A DNA stretch of 61,755 nucleotides, filler included, from Stramenopiles sp. TOSAG23-6 (Eukaryota), in assembly GCA_900128565.1 (NCBI GenBank). It is 18 parts of 18 records of this genome, joined end to end, with 100 filler letters (N's around TTAATTAATTAA, not from the genome) between each part and the next. Parts side by side here need not be neighbours in the genome. Positions count along the whole stretch, not along the records: positions 34,472 to 37,800 come from LT637552.1; positions 37,901 to 41,226 come from LT637553.1; positions 41,327 to 44,652 come from LT637554.1; positions 44,753 to 48,076 come from LT637555.1; 14 more parts are not named here. The stretch is one strand, 5' to 3'. Of this stretch, positions 35,030 to 47,989 are shown one piece after another; positions within the stretch are counted from its first letter, which is position 1; every line of letters begins with the position of its first letter. The notes beneath the pieces were generated by a model. It worked only from the letters and a program-made list of their open reading frames with translations. It did no database searches and was not told the origin of the DNA. A program made the position numbers and the translations under genes.

Positions 35030-36304
35030 ATGAAATGTATACTGTTATTTGCTCTTCCAATGTTTGTTGTGGCAAACATTCGCGTGGTTTCCTCTGTTTT
35101 GGAGAATCCCAGTTTTCACATTGATGCTTTGCTGCATCGTAATATGACAGACCCGCACTCACTTGCGGTTGAGCTTGCAACTTCTGAGCTTGCCGCTGTC
35201 GTCAAGTGGACAAGTAAATCATCCGTTGATTGGCCAAATAAAACGCATACATCAATTCCTGTGATCATGGCTCATGGTATGGGAGATTCATGTTTTAACT
35301 CTGGAATGAAACAAATCGCAAAGGATGTTGGTGCCCATGTAAATTCAGTTGCTGTTTGTGTACCAACTGGGTCTAACTGGCTCACGGACACTTTAAATGG
35401 ATTTTTCAAATCAATGGATAGTAGTGTTGATTATTTTGCAAAGCGTATTCAGTCCGACCATCGTCTCAAAGGTAGCACATTTGTAAATATGATTGGTTTT
35501 TCGCAGGGTAATTCAATTATTCGTGGATATATTCAAAAATATAATGGTGAACCGGGTTACCCTACAGTACGCACTTTTCTATCTGTACATGGTACTGTAC
35601 AGGGAGTAGGTGGGTTTCCACAATGTAATCCAGAGCATGGTATTATATCTTCATTTTGTCGTGTTCTTGATCGAATCCTTGGTGAATTTGCATACAACTC
35701 CCTTGTACAAAATATGTAAGTTTTATTTTTTTTCAATTTTTTATCTATAATTTTTTTTCGTACGAAATTTTGTACCTAACGATTTTAATGTTTGAAATAT
35801 TTTTTCATAATCTATTCTATTTCAAGCGGATTATTATCGAGATCCTTATAAAACACATGATAAAAGTTATTTAAAACATTCTCAATTAGCAAAATGGAAT
35901 AATGAAGGTAGTAATCCAGACCCAAAAATCAAAGAACGATTTTTAATGACTGATAAATTTGTGATGGTAAAAGCTCTCGGGGATACAATGGTATTTCCAA
36001 ATGAAGGTGTACATTCAAATTTTTCATTTTTTTTTTTTTAATTTGTACCTAACAAATTTTGAATCTAACAAATTTTAATTTTTTTTTGAAATATTTGTTT
36101 ACAATTTGTGAGCACTGGGGATGTTTTGCTGATAATTCATTTACAAAAATATTGAAAATGAACGAGACCATTTGGTACAAATCGGATTTGTTTGGATTAA
36201 AGACTGCAGATGATCAAGGTAAAATTTATTTTGAAGAAACTCCAGGGAACCATCTTCAATTTAGCGAGAAACAATTATTTGGTTGGTTAGATAAATACTT
36301 TTAA
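35030..36304 (+). CDS. PPT1: Palmitoyl-protein thioesterase 1, 3 exons
   Basis: PVIMAHGMGDSC, IGFSQG, QADYYRDP, DLFGLKT, GNHLQF; introns 35716-35815 and 36009-36109. Confidence 0.93.
35716..35815 (+). other. Non-canonical intron GT...AT
   Basis: AAT AT|GTAAGT...ATAATCTAT|T CTA TTT CAA = VQNILFQA. Confidence 0.83.
36009..36109 (+). other. Non-canonical intron GT...GT
   Basis: GAA GGT|GTACAT...ACAATTTGT|GAG CAC TGG = PNEGEHWG. The in-frame AG three nt later would drop the Glu, so it is not strictly excluded. Confidence 0.6.
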
Positions 36305-36733
36305 TACTTTTAATTGTTAACTACATTATCATAAAAGCCATATTGTTGATGGTGTTGCTCTTTGGAAATGTTCTTATTTAGATTATGTATTGGGGGTTAG
36401 GGTTAGGGTTCATGCAATTGTACTTGGCTAGGTGCATTGGTAGTACAATTTCAATGATTTTAGATATTATAATGTGAATAGATCTAGCCACAATAGTATT
36501 GTAATTTTTTATGAGTAGTATTCAAGACAATAAATCTTTAATTCAAGAAACAATGAAAAAATAATTATTAATTTATATTACACAGAAAAAAAACAGGTTT
36601 GTCCAATGAAACGTTAATTGTTTAAAATACGTAAAAAAGCTGTGAAGTCGTAACCGCTACCTCTATTTTTTATATTTGTGTAACATCTTCAGACTTGAGA
36701 CCATACATGCATTTATGATGCTTCCTTGAAATA

Positions 36734-37716
36734 ATGAGTCAGCATTCACTGAACGCATCAATATCAATGGCGGCAGAAATGCCAAACAAATTTAAGAGTG
36801 CAAAAGAAGTCCAACGTTCAATAAAGTCTATGCAAAAACAGTGTATCGACTACAAAATGAAGATTGAAAAAGCCCAAAATACAGAAAGTAGTTTAGATAA
36901 AGAAATAATAAAACTTAAAAAGATGCTAAGTAGCCACCGAGCTGCTATCGGTGGACCAACAGCACTAAGGGAAAATAATGCCGCCGTAAAACAACAACTA
37001 GATATTATGCAACGACGCTTAGTCCACGCGCAACGTCGGAAGCTCAACTGCAAAAGCGACTTGAAAACGTTGGTGAATTCCATCAATTCTATACGAGTGG
37101 ACAACGTGAGACAATTAAAGGGATTGGATGAATTGACCTGTGATCAGCTTAAGATTGATTCTGCGATATTACGTATAAATAAAAGCATTCGCCAACTAAA
37201 TTTACAGTGTGAAGAATGTGAAGCAGATGAACATGAACTATTGGAAAAGTCAGAAATATTTGCTGAAAAATCTAGGGCTCTTCTCAATAAAAAGGAATCA
37301 GAAGAAAAAGTTATCACTGTCTTAGAAGAGGATGTGGCTAAAAAAGAAGATTCTCCAGAACCAACTATAAGAATAGGATCATTATCTCTTGAACAAGAAA
37401 GAAGAATGCAAGATCAGATAGACAGTGCTGTGACCTGGAGAAAATCGACTAAAAAATCAGTTAAGGAAGCAAAGGAAAAGATTGAGACGTATGTTTTATT
37501 TTTTTTTTTAACAAAAAAATCGAATTTTTTTTCATAAGAAATTTTGTACCTAACAATTTTTTTTGAAATTTTTTTTGAAATATTTTTCCAAAATACACGT
37601 ATAGTGAATTGTTTAATCGCGTGAAAATTGTTTCTGGAGCATCGAATCTAAATGAGTTTATTGAAATGTACAAAAGTAGGGACGAGGAAAACTTTCGAAA
37701 ATTAGTCTTTGTAAAT
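36734..37716 (+). CDS. Outer dynein arm docking complex subunit (ODAD1/CCDC114/DC2-like), 3'-truncated; intron 37489-37598 (GT...AC)
   Basis: Coiled coil, then IETYSELFNRVKIVSGASNLNEFIEMYKSRDEENFRKLVFVN; GAG AC|GTATGT...AAATACAC|G TAT. Confidence 0.7.
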
Positions 37717-37964
37717 GTATGTTTTATTTTTTTTTCAAATTCGATTTTTTTTTTTATAAAAATTTTGTACCTAACAAATTTAAGTTTTTTTTTTTTCAAA
37801 NNNNNNNNNNNNNNNNNNNNNNNNNNNNNNNNNNNNNNNNNNNNTTAATTAATTAANNNNNNNNNNNNNNNNNNNNNNNNNNNNNNNNNNNNNNNNNNNN
37901 AAATCGTTAGGTACGAAATTTCGTATGAAAAAAAAATTAAATTAGAAATTCATATCAAACGTAC

Positions 37965-40900
37965 ATATTCACCAGTTTCCTCAACTTGCATTACTTTACA
38001 CATCATTTCAAAATTCATTTCACCTGATCCTGTAGCATCAAATTCTTGAAATTTTACAAATGCAAGTTCTAAAAAGTCTACATCTACATTATTATCTGAC
38101 TGGAATTTTCGCATAAGTTGTTTCTTTTCAGCTTTAACTACTGCCCGTTTTTGTTTATCAGATGTACCTTCGGCTTTTGTTAATAATGCACCAACTTTAT
38201 CGGCTGCAGGTGGACCAGCGATTGCAGGGGGTGGTGGAACTCCAGCAGCACCAAAGCTTGGAGGAGGTGGGATCCCACCAGGACCAAAACCAGCACCTGG
38301 ACCAACTGATGTTGAATTGAAGTCATGACGACTAGGATCAGGATGTTTGCATAATTTATAAAATTCTTCATATGAAACTTGTCCATCATGTATTGTGAAT
38401 TTTTTTTTTTTTTTGGTTTAAAAAAATCGTTAGGTACAACATTTCGTATGAAAAAATAATTAGATACAATATTGAAATGAAAACGTACACCATCCAAATC
38501 AACCATTTTAATCATTTCATTGATTTCTTCATCTGTGATCATTTCACCCATACATATGAGACAATGCCGCAACTCTGCCGCACCTATAAACATATTTTTA
38601 TCTAAATCTAAGAACCGAAATGCATCAAAAATTTCCTTATCTGAAAATTCATCTGATGCTGCAAAAGTACCCTCTTGAATATCAGCTTTCTTTTCCTCAA
38701 GTTCTTCTTCATTTCTTTCCGCTTGTAACTCTGCTTCTTCCTCCTCAGCTTCTTTATCGATTCTATCTCGTTCATCAAATGCATCAACAAGGGGTTGTCG
38801 TTGAGGAAACGCAGCACCAGCAGGAGCTGTAAAATCAAATCTAATTAATAATTCACCAGCTGTATCCTCCTGACCCCATCCTCTTTTCTTATTATAAATG
38901 GGTATCCATTCTTCTATATAGCCTTTTTTGAAATATGGAAGTAAACTGATTTTTTGTTTTCCTATTAAATCATCACTAGAGATCATATCTTCATCAAATA
39001 CTTCTAATATTAATTCATATTGATCAACAATCATAAATTCTACAACTTCATCCCACATTGGTTCAGTACCACCATCAGTATCCGTTTTTGTTCTCTTTAC
39101 TTCCTTGCCTGTGTTTGCACCCTCTAATGTAAATTTAATATAAGGATCTTGTCTACCTAATGAATCTGCATCAAATAGTTTACGTCCTTGTTTAGGAGTA
39201 ATTTTTAATTTACCTGCAGCAAAAAATTCAAATGCAAATTCAATTTCACCTGCATCTTTCTTTTTTTTATCAAATATTTTGATGAATTTCTTATCTCTTT
39301 GACCAACGTCCATTCTAGTATACGGAACTACAGATAATTCAGTTTCACCTATTAAATCATCCGCGCCCACATCTTCATCATAACATGAAAGTTTTAGTGG
39401 ATGTTGCCATATTGTATTATCAATATAAAACTCAAACTCTTCCTCCTTAAAGTATGGATTCTGTCCACCATCTTTTATAGTCTTTCCCCGACGTTTAAAT
39501 GTTTTATTTGAACCTAAAGAAAATTTCAAATATGGATCTTGCTTCCCCCAACTATCCATATTCTTAAGATTTCGACCATCAAATGCAGTTAGAACTAATG
39601 TACCTTGTTTTACTGGTTCAAACCATATTTCTAATTCTAATTCTCCAGCAGGTTGCTGTTGTCCTGATTTCTTATGAATCCAAGTTAAGTCATACCAGTC
39701 TCTTTCTGCTTCTAATCCTTCAAAAAAAGGTAACATTGAAATCGCCGTTTCCCCAAGTAAATCATTACTAAAGCTACCTTTATTCCAAACACGAAGTAAG
39801 AGAGGCATGTCATTGTCTTTTAACATATGCTCTGGATTAAATAAATTGAAAAAGCAAACTTGCTTTTTAAAATCAGGAAACATTGATTGACCTTTCACCA
39901 CTTTTGTTTTCTTTACAGGTCCTTTTTTCAAAGAGGAAACTTTGAACTCACAAAATATATTTAATTTTTCTTCTTTACCTACTTTTGTACTTCGACCAGC
40001 AGAATGTTTATGAATGTCTCGTCCTTGATGTAATCGTACCATAAAACGACCAGGTCGAGGGACCCAACTTTCTTGCATATCTGGTGGTGGTGGCGGAGGA
40101 GGTGGACCACCAACACCTGAAGCACCATCTGCTCCTGGTGGTGCAAATGAAGGAGGTGCCATAGTAGGTGGTGGCGGAATATCACTTGGTGGTGGTGGAA
40201 CACCAGGCGCAGCTGTTGGCGGCGCATCAGGTTTTGGTGGAGGCGAACCAGGCTTTGGTGGTGCACCAGGTGCACCTTCTTTTGCTGCTACAGTTGCTGC
40301 ATCTTCTGATGGCGGAGGTGCTGATGGTGCTGGTGGACGAGCTGGTGGTCCTGGTCTTGCTGGTGGTCCTGGTCTTGCCTGTGGTGGGAGCGGACGTCCA
40401 GCACCCACTTGGGCAGTCTTTGGAGCACTACCATCAGGGGGTCTTTTAGATGGTGGCGGTGCTCGTTTGGTTGGACTACTAGGAGCTTTTGGTTTTGGCC
40501 TTGGACCAGGTGGACCAGGTCGTTTGGGTTTTGCTTGTGCAGCTAAAGCTCTTGCATTTGGTTTAGGTGGCGGCCTTGATGGTGCAGGTCGCTTCGATTT
40601 TGCTACAATTTTAGCTGCCATTGGCGGTGCTCTACCCTGACTTTCTAATGGTGCCGCTCCCGCTGGTGCCTGACTTTGTGATGGCGGCGCAGTAACTGGT
40701 GCAGATATTCCAGGTGAAGCTCCAGGTGGTAAAGGTCGACCTATTGCAGCAGATGGTAATTTCATTGGTGCTGCACCCTGAGGCATTGAGGGTGGAGGTC
40801 TTCTGCCCGCCGGACTTCGAGGTGGAGGTCTCTTTGTTGGTATCGTAGTAGTAGTAGTTGTAGTTGTTGGTGCAGCTGAAGGTGCAGGTCGTTGAGGGGG

Positions 40901-41226
40901 GAGCGGTCTTTTACCTCCACCTGGCATCCCCAAAGGTGCAGGAGGCTTTGATGGTGGAGCTCGTTTAGTTGGTGGAGCTCGTTTGTTTGGTGGTGCTCTT
41001 TTAGTTGGTGGAGCACGACCAGCAGCTGCTACATTTGCATTACTGTCTGTTGAAGCACCCATCTTTCTATTTGCACCACCTGGCATTCCTAAAGGTGCGG
41101 GTGGTTTCGATGGTGGTGCTCGTTTTGTGCTTTGAACTTTTTCTAATGACATCGGAGGAGCTTTATTCGGTGGCGGCCTCTTGGTTGCAATTGTAGCTTG
41201 ACCAGGTATTGGTTTATTTGGTGGCG
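37965..41226 (-). CDS. Pro-rich, 3x C2 domain, EF-hand protein (partial); intron 38388-38488 (GT...AT)
   Basis: GKQDPY/GRQDPY C2 motifs; GGT|GTACGT...ATACAT|GAT GGA restores the EF loop DLDGDGQVSYEEF. Confidence 0.9.
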
Positions 41227-41390
41227 NNNNNNNNNNNNNNNNNNNNNNNNNNNNNNNNNNNNNNNNNNNNTTAATTAATTAANNNNNNNNNNNNNNNNNN
41301 NNNNNNNNNNNNNNNNNNNNNNNNNNAAATCGTTAGGTACGAAATTTCGTATGAAAAAAAAATTAAATTAGAAATTCATATCAAACGTAC

Positions 41391-44300
41391 ATATTCACCA
41401 GTTTCCTCAACTTGCATTACTTTACACATCATTTCAAAATTCATTTCACCTGATCCTGTAGCATCAAATTCTTGAAATTTTACAAATGCAAGTTCTAAAA
41501 AGTCTACATCTACATTATTATCTGACTGGAATTTTCGCATAAGTTGTTTCTTTTCAGCTTTAACTACTGCCCGTTTTTGTTTATCAGATGTACCTTCGGC
41601 TTTTGTTAATAATGCACCAACTTTATCGGCTGCAGGTGGACCAGCGATTGCAGGGGGTGGTGGAACTCCAGCAGCACCAAAGCTTGGAGGAGGTGGGATC
41701 CCACCAGGACCAAAACCAGCACCTGGACCAACTGATGTTGAATTGAAGTCATGACGACTAGGATCAGGATGTTTGCATAATTTATAAAATTCTTCATATG
41801 AAACTTGTCCATCATGTATTGTGAATTTTTTTTTTTTTTTGGTTTAAAAAAATCGTTAGGTACAACATTTCGTATGAAAAAATAATTAGATACAATATTG
41901 AAATGAAAACGTACACCATCCAAATCAACCATTTTAATCATTTCATTGATTTCTTCATCTGTGATCATTTCACCCATACATATGAGACAATGCCGCAACT
42001 CTGCCGCACCTATAAACATATTTTTATCTAAATCTAAGAACCGAAATGCATCAAAAATTTCCTTATCTGAAAATTCATCTGATGCTGCAAAAGTACCCTC
42101 TTGAATATCAGCTTTCTTTTCCTCAAGTTCTTCTTCATTTCTTTCCGCTTGTAACTCTGCTTCTTCCTCCTCAGCTTCTTTATCGATTCTATCTCGTTCA
42201 TCAAATGCATCAACAAGGGGTTGTCGTTGAGGAAACGCAGCACCAGCAGGAGCTGTAAAATCAAATCTAATTAATAATTCACCAGCTGTATCCTCCTGAC
42301 CCCATCCTCTTTTCTTATTATAAATGGGTATCCATTCTTCTATATAGCCTTTTTTGAAATATGGAAGTAAACTGATTTTTTGTTTTCCTATTAAATCATC
42401 ACTAGAGATCATATCTTCATCAAATACTTCTAATATTAATTCATATTGATCAACAATCATAAATTCTACAACTTCATCCCACATTGGTTCAGTACCACCA
42501 TCAGTATCCGTTTTTGTTCTCTTTACTTCCTTGCCTGTGTTTGCACCCTCTAATGTAAATTTAATATAAGGATCTTGTCTACCTAATGAATCTGCATCAA
42601 ATAGTTTACGTCCTTGTTTAGGAGTAATTTTTAATTTACCTGCAGCAAAAAATTCAAATGCAAATTCAATTTCACCTGCATCTTTCTTTTTTTTATCAAA
42701 TATTTTGATGAATTTCTTATCTCTTTGACCAACGTCCATTCTAGTATACGGAACTACAGATAATTCAGTTTCACCTATTAAATCATCCGCGCCCACATCT
42801 TCATCATAACATGAAAGTTTTAGTGGATGTTGCCATATTGTATTATCAATATAAAACTCAAACTCTTCCTCCTTAAAGTATGGATTCTGTCCACCATCTT
42901 TTATAGTCTTTCCCCGACGTTTAAATGTTTTATTTGAACCTAAAGAAAATTTCAAATATGGATCTTGCTTCCCCCAACTATCCATATTCTTAAGATTTCG
43001 ACCATCAAATGCAGTTAGAACTAATGTACCTTGTTTTACTGGTTCAAACCATATTTCTAATTCTAATTCTCCAGCAGGTTGCTGTTGTCCTGATTTCTTA
43101 TGAATCCAAGTTAAGTCATACCAGTCTCTTTCTGCTTCTAATCCTTCAAAAAAAGGTAACATTGAAATCGCCGTTTCCCCAAGTAAATCATTACTAAAGC
43201 TACCTTTATTCCAAACACGAAGTAAGAGAGGCATGTCATTGTCTTTTAACATATGCTCTGGATTAAATAAATTGAAAAAGCAAACTTGCTTTTTAAAATC
43301 AGGAAACATTGATTGACCTTTCACCACTTTTGTTTTCTTTACAGGTCCTTTTTTCAAAGAGGAAACTTTGAACTCACAAAATATATTTAATTTTTCTTCT
43401 TTACCTACTTTTGTACTTCGACCAGCAGAATGTTTATGAATGTCTCGTCCTTGATGTAATCGTACCATAAAACGACCAGGTCGAGGGACCCAACTTTCTT
43501 GCATATCTGGTGGTGGTGGCGGAGGAGGTGGACCACCAACACCTGAAGCACCATCTGCTCCTGGTGGTGCAAATGAAGGAGGTGCCATAGTAGGTGGTGG
43601 CGGAATATCACTTGGTGGTGGTGGAACACCAGGCGCAGCTGTTGGCGGCGCATCAGGTTTTGGTGGAGGCGAACCAGGCTTTGGTGGTGCACCAGGTGCA
43701 CCTTCTTTTGCTGCTACAGTTGCTGCATCTTCTGATGGCGGAGGTGCTGATGGTGCTGGTGGACGAGCTGGTGGTCCTGGTCTTGCTGGTGGTCCTGGTC
43801 TTGCCTGTGGTGGGAGCGGACGTCCAGCACCCACTTGGGCAGTCTTTGGAGCACTACCATCAGGGGGTCTTTTAGATGGTGGCGGTGCTCGTTTGGTTGG
43901 ACTACTAGGAGCTTTTGGTTTTGGCCTTGGACCAGGTGGACCAGGTCGTTTGGGTTTTGCTTGTGCAGCTAAAGCTCTTGCATTTGGTTTAGGTGGCGGC
44001 CTTGATGGTGCAGGTCGCTTCGATTTTGCTACAATTTTAGCTGCCATTGGCGGTGCTCTACCCTGACTTTCTAATGGTGCCGCTCCCGCTGGTGCCTGAC
44101 TTTGTGATGGCGGCGCAGTAACTGGTGCAGATATTCCAGGTGAAGCTCCAGGTGGTAAAGGTCGACCTATTGCAGCAGATGGTAATTTCATTGGTGCTGC
44201 ACCCTGAGGCATTGAGGGTGGAGGTCTTCTGCCCGCCGGACTTCGAGGTGGAGGTCTCTTTGTTGGTATCGTAGTAGTAGTAGTTGTAGTTGTTGGTGCA

Positions 44301-44652
44301 GCTGAAGGTGCAGGTCGTTGAGGGGGGAGCGGTCTTTTACCTCCACCTGGCATCCCCAAAGGTGCAGGAGGCTTTGATGGTGGAGCTCGTTTAGTTGGTG
44401 GAGCTCGTTTGTTTGGTGGTGCTCTTTTAGTTGGTGGAGCACGACCAGCAGCTGCTACATTTGCATTACTGTCTGTTGAAGCACCCATCTTTCTATTTGC
44501 ACCACCTGGCATTCCTAAAGGTGCGGGTGGTTTCGATGGTGGTGCTCGTTTTGTGCTTTGAACTTTTTCTAATGACATCGGAGGAGCTTTATTCGGTGGC
44601 GGCCTCTTGGTTGCAATTGTAGCTTGACCAGGTATTGGTTTATTTGGTGGCG
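41391..44652 (-). CDS. Duplicate copy of the C2/EF-hand gene contig
   Basis: Contig 41327-44652 appears identical to 37901-41226 (offset 3426). Confidence 0.9.
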
Positions 44653-45669
44653 NNNNNNNNNNNNNNNNNNNNNNNNNNNNNNNNNNNNNNNNNNNNTTAA
44701 TTAATTAANNNNNNNNNNNNNNNNNNNNNNNNNNNNNNNNNNNNNNNNNNNNAAAAAAAAAAATTTTTTAAAAATAAAAAAAAACAAAATATCATTTTTT
44801 TTTAATTGTTCGTTTTCATCATACATGTATAATTTTTTTTTTTTTTTTTTTTTTTTTTAGTTTTCATACGAAAATTTGTACCTAACAAAATTTTTGATTT
44901 TTTTTCAATATTTTTTCACACCATTGGCAATCATATTGTATACACTATACATTATTTATGTCATTTGGGCTGCTATTAATTGTCCCTGTCAGTGCTATTG
45001 TTGATTATTATGTACATAATATAGTGATGACTAATGTAGGTTCAAATGTTATAATTTGAAAAGAAACACTGAAAAAAAAAATTTTGATTTTTTTTGAAAA
45101 ATATTTTTTGAAAATATTTTTTGATTTTTTTTTTCAAAAATTTTTTTGAAATTTTTTAATTTTCTTTTTGGTTCTATTTTTCAAAAAATTTTCGTCACAT
45201 TTTTTATACATATTTGTTATGTAATATGTTATATTAATAATCCTATTATTATTTTTGTATGGACATTTCATACATGCTAATTTTATTCAAAACCAATGAC
45301 ACAATTTTTNTCCCNAANCCTAATCTAAAATTTTTATTTGAGTCTTTTGTATTTATTTTAATTTTTCTTAACCCTAACCCTAACGTTAAACCCTATATTT
45401 TTTATGNTACATTTGAGTCTGNTAGGAGTTCTTTTAATTATTTTAGGTTTACTTTTGTTTTTGTATTCAAATATTTTTGATCGTCAAATGCAGAATTCAT
45501 GATNGNGTCTAGATTTTTTTNAAGTACGCATATATATATATAGAATAAAAACACACCAAAAAATATTGTCAATTTTTTTTTTAAATTTTTGTTAGGTACG
45601 CATCGAGTCAATCAATTAAAAAAAAGAAATTCAGAATTTACCCATTTAATTTTTATTTTACCATGTTTA

Positions 45670-46803
45670 TTAAATTAACATGATAGTTACGTCGCTAATA
45701 GCACGTCGTGTTCGCATTTTCCAATATGCAGAGCTAGAAATATTTCTTCGCAATTGCCGCATCAATTGCCGCATCGTCGTATCATCGCCAAGCACTTCTC
45801 TCATAAAATACGCTAAGGAAAGATAAAAACAGTCCCCAGCACCACCTGCATCTACGACTCTGTACCTTTTCCCTGAGGGATAATGTCTTGTATCAGCATC
45901 AGTAGGTATTATTGCCTGATAGTGATTGTCATCGATTCGATTTAGATAAACTATCCGATCCTTACCTTCGTCTGAACATTTTTTTTCGGCTTTAGCCATG
46001 TCATCAGCATTATAACCAACCACAAAATTTTCAAAGTTTTGTACGGCATGCGGGTTTTGGTAATATTGGTAATATACGTAGTATGTAAGCTGTCCCGTCA
46101 GGTGAGGGGTATCCTGAATTATGAGACAAGTGTTTTGAGGTTGAATAGCAACAAAACTTTGTACTTCAATTTGGCCTGCCCACTCACGTGTTGATTTTAC
46201 CATATATTGTAAAGCTCGTTGAAAAGGTGATGTATCATCGTCATCATCGTCTGTATTCACGGCGGCAACAAGCTCGGATTTAAAATCGTTTTCAGATTTG
46301 TCAATTTTACCAGCACAACAATGATAAACGTTTCCTGCCGTTTCGTTAGACATTCGTCGTGAAACATTTTCCTTACTAACATTATAATGTTCCAAGCATT
46401 CTTTCGCATTACCCGTCTTTGGCAATTTCTTAATCGCGCGCGATATCTCCTCTGGCGACATGTCCCTCTGATACTCAACACGTTTTCTATCTTCATCTTC
46501 ATCTTCAAGCGACATCGCTAACGCTTTTGCCAAATTGGCATCTTCTTGTTCTTTTCGAGTTCGTGCTGCGATCCTCCCATGTTCACGCGACTCCCGTAAC
46601 GCTCTTGCCAAAATGGCATCATCTTGTTCTTTTCGAGTTCGTGCTGCGATCCTCTCTTGTTCACGCGACATCTCTAACGCTCTTGCCAAATTGGCAGTTT
46701 CTTCTTCTACAGTTCCTGGTGCGCTGTGCCTTTGCGCTAAAATAGATCCATATATTCCAAATGGTATTGCCGAAGCAAGAATCGTGAAAATAATAGCCTT
46801 CAT
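45670..46803 (-). CDS. Secreted protein with 3 UIM-like repeats and OTU-like motifs in permuted order
   Basis: Signal peptide; EDANLAKALAMSL-type repeats; EWAGQIE, NHYQAI, then GGAGDCFYLSLA. Confidence 0.72.
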   Translation of the reverse strand: MKAIIFTILASAIPFGIYGSILAQRHSAPGTVEEETANLARALEMSREQERIAARTRKEQDDAILARALRESREHGRIAARTRKEQEDANLAKALAMSLEDEDEDRKRVEYQRDMSPEEISRAIKKLPKTGNAKECLEHYNVSKENVSRRMSNETAGNVYHCCAGKIDKSENDFKSELVAAVNTDDDDDDTSPFQRALQYMVKSTREWAGQIEVQSFVAIQPQNTCLIIQDTPHLTGQLTYYVYYQYYQNPHAVQNFENFVVGYNADDMAKAEKKCSDEGKDRIVYLNRIDDNHYQAIIPTDADTRHYPSGKRYRVVDAGGAGDCFYLSLAYFMREVLGDDTTMRQLMRQLRRNISSSAYWKMRTRRAISDVTIMLI

Positions 46804-47078
46804 TGTAGTGTAAATAACTGTGTTAAATTCAAATTTCAAACTGCTGTTTGTTATTAAATAAAAAAGATACTTCCAACGGCCAAGATACCAAGGGATGCAC
46901 AAAAAACCGTTAAAAATTTATTACACGACGGTTAAAATAAAACACAAGTCTTGAAGTCTATCAATTTTATAACTAATATAATAATATCGATGATAGTATA
47001 ACAGTAACATCGCTTATATACCACAAAATTGCNCTTTACATTTTCCTTTCTAGTTCTACTTTGATTACTCTATAGAGN

Positions 47079-47989
47079 ATGTCAGTGGTACATATATATN
47101 ACATGCTTATCATTCTCATAGCAGTGACTACTCTACAAATACAGTGTACGACAGTTCTTGGGGATAATGTTAAAGCCACAGCTCAGCCAATTCAACGACA
47201 AGAGCAACGTGATGGATCTACTATAGAACAACTACAACACAGAGAGATATCTACAACAATACTCAAGGATGCATCAAAACCTTCATTTAATGCTACAGCA
47301 ATACCATCACCACTACTAACAACAACAGCTAATAGTTCTCTTTTCTTTCAAAACATCTCCAAACTATTACAAGNAAGAAAATTCACGGAAACNATGCAAT
47401 TACTTAGTCAAGTCATTCACTCAGAAACACCAAAACAAACAAAAAAAACTTCTACTTTTTTGATACATTCGAAACTTCGACGAGGAGCACTTTCATTACG
47501 AGGTAGGCTACATGTTGTATTTGGCGATTTTTCATCNGCTTTAGATGATTTTGTTAATGCAGGTGAAAATAATGATTTAATTTGGAAAGTATGTGTTCAT
47601 TTTTTTTTTTTTTTTAATTCGTACGAAATTTTGTACCTAAACAATTTTTTTTTTTTTTTAATTTTTTAAATTCGTACGAAATTTTGTACCTAAATATTTT
47701 CATTTTTTTTAAAATTTTTTTTTCACAATACATACAAAACAAAAACGTAAAGATTTCGTGGATGCAAAAGTAAAATTTTCTGAAGAAAGATATCCAGAGG
47801 CATGGCATGCCTTGAGTAAATTAATAAAAGCTGGAAGCATTGAAAGTTCAATTTTATATCTTAAAAGGGCTGAAGCTGCAAGATTAGATGGTGCATACAC
47901 AGCTGCTCGAGGTGATGCAATTCGCGTTTTACAAAATGATCGATTTAATGCTGATGCGGCAGCTATTGTAGCAGATAGTTTTTTTTCCG
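47079..47989 (+). CDS. Signal-peptide TPR protein (possibly DNAJC3-like), 3'-truncated; intron 47589-47733 (GT...AT)
   Basis: TPR-like helices (RGRLHVVFGDFSxALDDF; YLKRAEAARLDGAYTAARGDA); TGG AAA|GTATGT...ATACAT|ACA in frame. Confidence 0.6.

Noticed and set aside
38386..38490. Shifting all boundaries 2 nt left to make a general AT-AC class
   Set aside because: It works where AT is repeated but would change DLDGDG to DLDDDG here and RET to REK in UGDH intron 4; GT donors fit all but two cases.
37901..44652. Apparent tandem duplication of the C2/EF-hand gene
   Set aside because: Two contigs with the same ends and sequence, adjacent only because of size sorting; assembly redundancy.
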